From contig CAIVGA010000060.1 in assembly GCA_903905325.1 (NCBI GenBank), positions 1 to 18,288 of the forward strand: DNA of 18,288 nucleotides, written 5' to 3'. Position 1 is the stretch's first letter. Every line of letters begins with the position of its first letter. Both the position numbers and the translations under genes were made by a program. The DNA is from an uncultured bacterium (GTDB lineage: Bacteria > Patescibacteriota > Minisyncoccia > Phycocordibacterales > PALSA-1337). Positions 14,109-18,288 of the stretch are shown here, piece by piece. The notes below the pieces were generated by a model that worked only from the letters and a program-made list of their open reading frames with translations, had not been told where the DNA came from and searched no databases.

Positions 14109-14783
14109 ATGACCTACCATACCCTACTCGTCAGCGATATTCATATTGGATCCAAGATCTGTCGCACGGACAAAATAATCGAACTTTTAAAAACGACTCA
14201 ATATAAAACGCTCATAATTAACGGTGATCTTTTTGATTCTGAAGTAACAAAATCATTCGACAATATGCATTGGCAATTAGTCTCTCTAATTTCCAAGGTC
14301 GCAGAGACGCGTAAAGTAATCATGGTTGGAGGTAATCACGGCCGTAAATTAGACGGTCTGGCCCGCAAAATAGGGATTGAAATTATGGACGATCATACTT
14401 TCATTGTCGGTCCTAATAAATTCCTATGCATACACGGAGACCAATTCGATCCATTTGTGACTTATTTACCACGCACCACACACATATTTACCCATTTATT
14501 TTATATCATTCAGCATATAAATAAGAAAAACCAGAACTCCTCTATGCTTATCAAGCGTCTGAGCAAGCGTATATTGGGAGTTTCGTCACACAGACAACAA
14601 AAACTTGCCATGCATCAAGCTATTCGAAGAAATGCCAATGTTGTTATTTGTTCTCATACCCATTTACCGTATACAAATTCAAAAAATAATTTGCTCTACA
14701 TAAACTCTGGTTCATTCTGTGATAATCCTTCTACTTATGTGACCATTGATCACAGGGGTAACGCCAAGCTGGAAAGGATATAG
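14109..14783 (+). CDS. Calcineurin-like metallophosphoesterase (LpxH/YaeI-like fold, substrate unknown)
   Basis: Ordered metallophosphoesterase motifs SDIHIG, NGDLFD, GGNHG, IHGDQFD and CSHTH. An extended -10 (TGtTATAAT, 14075-14083) lies upstream. Confidence 0.85.
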   Translation: MTYHTLLVSDIHIGSKICRTDKIIELLKTTQYKTLIINGDLFDSEVTKSFDNMHWQLVSLISKVAETRKVIMVGGNHGRKLDGLARKIGIEIMDDHTFIVGPNKFLCIHGDQFDPFVTYLPRTTHIFTHLFYIIQHINKKNQNSSMLIKRLSKRILGVSSHRQQKLAMHQAIRRNANVVICSHTHLPYTNSKNNLLYINSGSFCDNPSTYVTIDHRGNAKLERI

Positions 14784-14822
14784 GATATACTTGGGATAAA
14801 AAGGCGGTTTTTTGTTGACCCC

Positions 14823-14848
14823 ACCTTTCTGCCACTACCTTTCTGCCA
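14823..14848 (+). repeat. Perfect tandem 12-mer ACCTTTCTGCCA x2 (2-nt gap) just upstream of the kinase-like gene
   Basis: ACCTTTCTGCCA at 14823-14834 and at 14837-14848. A -10-like TATACT (14858-14863) and the ATG (14870) follow. Confidence 0.5.
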
Positions 14849-14869
14849 AATTTCATATATACTATCTCC

Positions 14870-15676
14870 ATGCCAGAATCTGAATTAAAAGTAGGACACT
14901 TCGACAGCCATGATCACAGCCAGGAAGAGCACCCTCAACTTTCTATTGAAAAAGTTGATATTCAGGTCAGGAATCTTATTGAGGCTATTTTGACCAATAG
15001 AACAGATTTCCTTGGAAACGGGTTAACTGCTGAAGTATACATACCAGAAGAATCAGAGAAAATTTGTTTCAAAATTTGTTGTTATCGTGAAGTATTAGGA
15101 AAAAATCCTCCTAAATCAAGTATTCGTACCACAACAACATTTGAGCCTAGTCATCCGAAATATGGCTATCATTCACCAGATACAGAGGGTACATTTTTGC
15201 AAGAATTGCATACCTTATCCAAAGAAGTAGATATTCCCAATCCGTGTTGTTGGGCAATTTATAAACAAACTGATGATGGTGATACTTACTCTACAAAAGA
15301 ACTCATATACGTGCTGGCAATGGAACGATTGGATGCGGTATCGATAAAAGATGTTATTGAAAAACGTGCTGTACTTCCCACAACTTTTAACTTTGAAACT
15401 TTCTTCAAAAAACTAAGAGTTTTTATATCCAAAATGCATGAAAAAGGAATATACCATCGTGATCTGCACGAGGGCAATATCATGATTGATGATAATGGAA
15501 ATCCGTGTGTAATAGATTTCGGTAAAGCTGCACGTGGATTCGGAGATGATGTATATGACATTGATTATCGTGAAGGCGGCCAACTCAGAAAAGGAAAGCT
15601 TACCAGCGATGAGGAATATGTGAATCAAGTTGAGAGATTGTTAATTAAACATATGACAAAAGACACGACCGTTTAA
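14870..15676 (+). CDS. Small protein-kinase-like fold protein (Ser/Thr kinase, Kdo/RIO-like or small-molecule kinase)
   Basis: Gly-rich loop LGNGLTAEVY, candidate catalytic Lys in ICFKI, catalytic loop YHRDLHEGNIMID, and IDFGKA. 268 aa. Confidence 0.75.
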   Translation: MPESELKVGHFDSHDHSQEEHPQLSIEKVDIQVRNLIEAILTNRTDFLGNGLTAEVYIPEESEKICFKICCYREVLGKNPPKSSIRTTTTFEPSHPKYGYHSPDTEGTFLQELHTLSKEVDIPNPCCWAIYKQTDDGDTYSTKELIYVLAMERLDAVSIKDVIEKRAVLPTTFNFETFFKKLRVFISKMHEKGIYHRDLHEGNIMIDDNGNPCVIDFGKAARGFGDDVYDIDYREGGQLRKGKLTSDEEYVNQVERLLIKHMTKDTTV

Positions 15677-15690
15677 TCCAGCAGTGTGGT

Positions 15691-15719
15691 TTGACAAATA
15701 TTATTATATATGTAATTAT
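15691..15719 (+). promoter_or_regulatory. Candidate promoter (TTGACA-N16/17-TAATTA/AATTAT) for the small downstream ORF
   Basis: Perfect TTGACA at 15691-15696. An AT-rich -10 lies around 15713-15719, about 10 nt before the ATG at 15729. Confidence 0.45.
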
Positions 15720-15728
15720 GAAATAAGT

Positions 15729-15932
15729 ATGAAGATGTTCAATCAAAGTGAATGTGAAGCTGCGGCAAAGGAAATGTTACGCGACAATAAGGCCTTGAAA
15801 GCTCTGGAATTGGTGACGATCATCCGAGTGGGTACAAAGGAATACGAAGAAAAACTCGCCGGAACCAAGACCCCAACACCAGTGTCATCATTCAAAGTCG
15901 ATAACATTGACTTCGCAGTTTTCATGAACTGA
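15729..15932 (+). CDS. Small hypothetical protein (67 aa)
   Basis: The ATG at 15729 is preferred over the GTG at 15684, which would overlap the promoter. Followed by a strong terminator. No family recognised. Confidence 0.45.
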   Translation: MKMFNQSECEAAAKEMLRDNKALKALELVTIIRVGTKEYEEKLAGTKTPTPVSSFKVDNIDFAVFMN

Positions 15933-15948
15933 AACCAACTATCTTCCC

Positions 15949-15981
15949 CCGTCACATTGGGTGTGTGACGGTTTTTGTTTT
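15949..15981 (+). terminator. Intrinsic terminator
   Basis: CCGTCACA (15949-15956) pairs with TGTGACGG (15964-15971) with a 7-nt loop, followed by TTTTTGTTTT. Confidence 0.7.
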
Positions 15982-16011
15982 ATAAAATTTGTTACTAACT
16001 AGACGATTCGC

Positions 16012-16085
16012 TGGTGCGGGATAGGAGAGTCGAACTCCTCACCACAGTTTGGAAAACTGTTATTATACCGATTAACTAATCCCGC
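16012..16085 (-). tRNA. tRNA-Gly (anticodon UCC), CCA encoded
   Basis: Hand-folded cloverleaf: acceptor GCGGGAU/AUCCCGC, anticodon stem ACAGU/ACUGU with loop UUUCCAA, T-loop UUCGACU, and 3' ACCA. 74 nt. Confidence 0.95.
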
Positions 16086-16087
16086 AT

Positions 16088-16576
16088 TTATTTTTTCTCT
16101 TCGCCACCAGACTTCCCTACACTGGCCGCCGATGTAGGATGACGCATTTTATACTCTTCGTCAACTTCTTCTTTCATTTCATCGACTTCTTTTTTCATCT
16201 CTTTAATCGTTGTCTGAATTTTCTTCAACTCATTTTCTTCCTCCTCTACTTCCTTCTCTGTCTTATCAGTCACCTTCTTTTGCTTCTTAATACCACTAAT
16301 CAATATCGTATCACCAACGAAATATGACACAAACAAACCGATCAAAAGAAGAATGACTGTGACGATAATAAGATTTGTTGGCTCATAAAATATCGCACCC
16401 AACCATCCGCCTTGTGATTGAAGAATATCAGCAGTGTGCCATACCCCTCTCCAAAAAAGCACGACCGCAATACCACCGATAATAGTATAAACAATCGGAT
16501 ATTGACTCAGATGTCCACGTACGACATCTTCAAGCTTATCGAAGAAATTATATATTTTCTTATAGATTTCTCTCAT
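16088..16576 (-). CDS. Hypothetical membrane protein with two TM helices and an acidic/lysine-rich coiled-coil tail
   Basis: 162 aa with ATG start. TM segments YPIVYTIIGGIAVVLFW and LIIVTVILLLIGLFVSYFVG. The tail reads EKEVEEEENELKKIQTTIKEMKKEVDEMKEEVDEE. The stop codon is 2 nt from the 5' end of tRNA-Gly. Confidence 0.7.
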   Translation of the reverse strand: MREIYKKIYNFFDKLEDVVRGHLSQYPIVYTIIGGIAVVLFWRGVWHTADILQSQGGWLGAIFYEPTNLIIVTVILLLIGLFVSYFVGDTILISGIKKQKKVTDKTEKEVEEEENELKKIQTTIKEMKKEVDEMKEEVDEEYKMRHPTSAASVGKSGGEEKK

Positions 16577-16617
16577 GATTTATATGTCGCACACTTTCAC
16601 TACTTTATACTAACTTG

Positions 16618-16690
16618 TCGGGGCGCCGGGATTCGAACCCGGAGTCACCTCTTCCCAAAAGAGGCATGTTAGCCGTTACACCACGCCCCG
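16618..16690 (-). tRNA. tRNA-Pro (anticodon UGG), no encoded CCA
   Basis: Hand-folded: acceptor CGGGGCG/CGCCCCG, anticodon stem CCUCU/AGAGG with loop UUUGGGA, T-arm CCGGG-UUCGAAU-CCCGG. 73 nt. Confidence 0.95.
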
Positions 16691-16762
16691 ATTTACAAAT
16701 TACCTTGCTCTACATAGACGCCTTAATTTTTACAACGCCGTTCGAATATCCTAACATAAATC

Positions 16763-17176
16763 TTACAAAATAACATTCTTTAGCCATTTAACACGGGCTT
16801 TTCTTGTCTTCATATTGATATAGACACATAAAACATGAAAATAAAACTCCGTATCTAGTCCGAAACATATCCCGTCAGTATTTACACCAGAATCACACAT
16901 ATATGTTTGAATCATTCTACGAATATGCCTAGTTTTGAGAGAATGTACATTATCTTCTGGACGAAATCCAGTCCAATACCCCGTTATACTTTTTACTTCA
17001 AAAAAATGTAGAGGGCGACAAATACCAGATGTTTCACGTGCAACATTTTCAACAGCAACGATATCCAGTTCACCCCATTTCTTCTGATAATTTCGTGAAA
17101 CAATCACAAATCCCCTCTTTTCAAGGTATCTGCAAGCAATATCCTCACCAATATTTCCAGTCGATCTAGTACTCAT
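16763..17176 (-). CDS. yraN: YraN-family (UPF0102) endonuclease-like protein
   Basis: GNIGEDIACRYLEKRGFVIVSRNY..WGELDIVA...FFEVKS matches the YraN pattern G.GE..A..YL...G..I..RN....GE.D..A....FVEVK. 137 aa. Confidence 0.8.
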   Translation of the reverse strand: MSTRSTGNIGEDIACRYLEKRGFVIVSRNYQKKWGELDIVAVENVARETSGICRPLHFFEVKSITGYWTGFRPEDNVHSLKTRHIRRMIQTYMCDSGVNTDGICFGLDTEFYFHVLCVYINMKTRKARVKWLKNVIL

Positions 17177-17250
17177 AAATTAATATGAATTAACGACAAA
17201 TTTTACGTTTTGTAACACCTTTTTGATGACTTTTAAAGTGTCCCAAAGAT

Positions 17251-17272
17251 AAATAGCTCAATAAAGCCATTT
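17251..17272. repeat. 22-nt perfect direct repeat, copy A (AAATAGCTCAATAAAGCCATTT)
   Basis: Identical to 17385-17406. Intergenic, between yraN and tRNA-Gly(GCC). Confidence 0.8.
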
Positions 17273-17340
17273 TCTAGAAAGGACAAGAAATTAACATCAA
17301 AACGACGATTTATAGCCATAAATTATGTCTTTTATAAACG

Positions 17341-17361
17341 TCATCCACAGAGTTATCCACA
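17341..17361 (+). promoter_or_regulatory. Tandem DnaA-box-like pair (TCATCCACA gag TTATCCACA)
   Basis: TTATCCACA at 17353-17361 is a perfect match to the consensus DnaA R-box. TCATCCACA at 17341-17349 has one mismatch. Both are in the same orientation, 3 nt apart. Confidence 0.4.
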
Positions 17362-17384
17362 GTTTGAATAACCCAATATCTTCA

Positions 17385-17406
17385 AAATAGCTCAATAAAG
17401 CCATTT
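17385..17406. repeat. 22-nt perfect direct repeat, copy B
   Basis: AAATAGCTCAATAAAGCCATTT, identical to 17251-17272 and 134 nt away. The DnaA-box pair lies between the two copies. Confidence 0.8.
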
Positions 17407-17438
17407 ATATTGCTCTTCGCGGCAGGCGAAGCGAATTG

Positions 17439-17509
17439 TGCGGGTAGGGAGAATCGAACTCCCACCTCGTCCTTGGCAAGGACGCGTCCTACCACTAAAC
17501 GATACCCGC
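17439..17509 (-). tRNA. tRNA-Gly (anticodon GCC), no encoded CCA
   Basis: Hand-folded: acceptor GCGGGUA/UACCCGC, anticodon stem CGUCC/GGACG with loop UUGCCAA, T-arm GGGAG-UUCGAUU-CUCCC. 71 nt. Confidence 0.95.
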
Positions 17510-17591
17510 AAAATACTAACGCAGTGTAGTATAGCGTAACTTTATTTTTTTACCAAGTTTTTCTTTTTTTCACGCTTCCAAAAACTTTTTG

Positions 17592-17664
17592 TGCGCCCGG
17601 TAGGACTCGAACCTACAACCCCTTGGTCCGAAGCCAAGTGCTCTATCCTTTGAGCCACGGGCGC
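17592..17664 (-). tRNA. tRNA-Arg (anticodon UCG), no encoded CCA
   Basis: Hand-folded: acceptor GCGCCCG/CGGGCGC, anticodon stem CUUGG/CCAAG with loop CUUCGGA, T-arm GUAGG-UUCGAGU-CCUAC. 73 nt. Confidence 0.95.
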
Positions 17665-18288
17665 TTATAACTTGTTACTATAATACTGGATAAGTAACTT
17701 TTGCCAAGCCTTCATAACTCTCAAGTAACGTATGCCGCCAACGCCGAGTCTAACACATCCCTGGTAATCAGGGTTTTTCTTCACATTGTGTGGAGTTTTC
17801 TTGTATATTGTCTTTTGGAATAAATATGGCTCTACAGCAAGCTTTTCTGACCAAAATATCTGCGAGTTTTCATAACCAGGTATGTCATGAATAAATAATC
17901 TGATTTTAATTTTATCATGGCCTATCAATAAAAACTTCTGAATCCATTTGTACATAAAAATAATCATATCGGAGTCAGAATTAACAAAATTAAACTGACT
18001 GTCACGTTTAGATCCTTCTGCCCAATACAATGCGACACCAATAAGAAAAACTGGATCCAAACAAAATTTTTGAAAATCTATCTTTGCTTCATCTTCTACT
18101 TTTTTCTCACGAACAGCTCTATTTGACCGATTTGTAAATATAGTTTTAATTCTTCCCTCATTCTGCCTCTCCATCATCCGTTTCTTTAAAAAAGCCTCCT
18201 CATTAGCAGAAAGTCTGATATACTTTAACCATCCAGACAACAGACCTTTGGAAACACTTATTTCCTTCTGGATTTCTTTATAACTAAA
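17665..18288 (-). CDS. Partial CDS (N-terminus off-window): HTH plus LAGLIDADG-like homing-endonuclease-type protein
   Basis: The reading frame stays open to the window edge (upstream residues FSYKEIQKEISVSKGLLSGWL look like an HTH). LIGVALYWAEGSKRD resembles a single LAGLIDADG-type motif. The stop codon directly abuts the 5' end of tRNA-Arg. Confidence 0.55.
   Translation of the reverse strand, partial: FSYKEIQKEISVSKGLLSGWLKYIRLSANEEAFLKKRMMERQNEGRIKTIFTNRSNRAVREKKVEDEAKIDFQKFCLDPVFLIGVALYWAEGSKRDSQFNFVNSDSDMIIFMYKWIQKFLLIGHDKIKIRLFIHDIPGYENSQIFWSEKLAVEPYLFQKTIYKKTPHNVKKNPDYQGCVRLGVGGIRYLRVMKAWQKLLIQYYSNKL

Noticed and set aside
17341-17361. Calling the DnaA-box pair the chromosomal origin (oriC)
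   Set aside because: Only two boxes are present, there is no dnaA or dnaN nearby, and there is no clear AT-rich unwinding element with 13-mer-type repeats. That is insufficient for an origin call.

Overview
AT-rich, compact bacterial fragment. The gene content and style look like a reduced Patescibacteria/CPR-type genome, but that is inference only; no search was run. Most of the window is housekeeping. It holds a K+-independent-type H+-pyrophosphatase (hppA), a secreted P/Q-rich protein, trigger factor, and an rsmE-clpP operon. It also holds RNase Y, a TrmB-like regulator, HU, a metallophosphoesterase, a small kinase-fold protein, YraN, and four minus-strand tRNAs (Gly-UCC, Pro-UGG, Gly-GCC, Arg-UCG). 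A LAGLIDADG-like ORF is truncated at the right edge. The stand-out region is a minus-strand accessory block (about 9.6-12.66 kb) between rny and the TrmB-like gene. It carries three near-identical 49-nt repeats that fold as canonical type III hammerhead ribozymes, with a complete catalytic core and compensatory changes in stem I. The repeats lie 476 and 540 nt apart and separate a structured GC-rich leader, a GC-rich module with a doubtful 126-codon ORF, a HIT-family gene and an unknown 209-aa gene, followed by a Bro-N/DinD-like gene. The GC-rich block (about 57-60% GC by hand count, against about 28% in the adjacent HIT gene) is packed with hairpins and is probably a structured RNA of unknown class. 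Secondary observations: trigger factor appears to lack its PPIase domain, many core genes look leaderless or lack a Shine-Dalgarno (SD) sequence while the island ORFs have SD motifs, a promoter-to-terminator small unit carries a perfect 11-bp hairpin, and a DnaA-box-like pair recurs. No CRISPR array, rRNA, integrase or transposase was seen.
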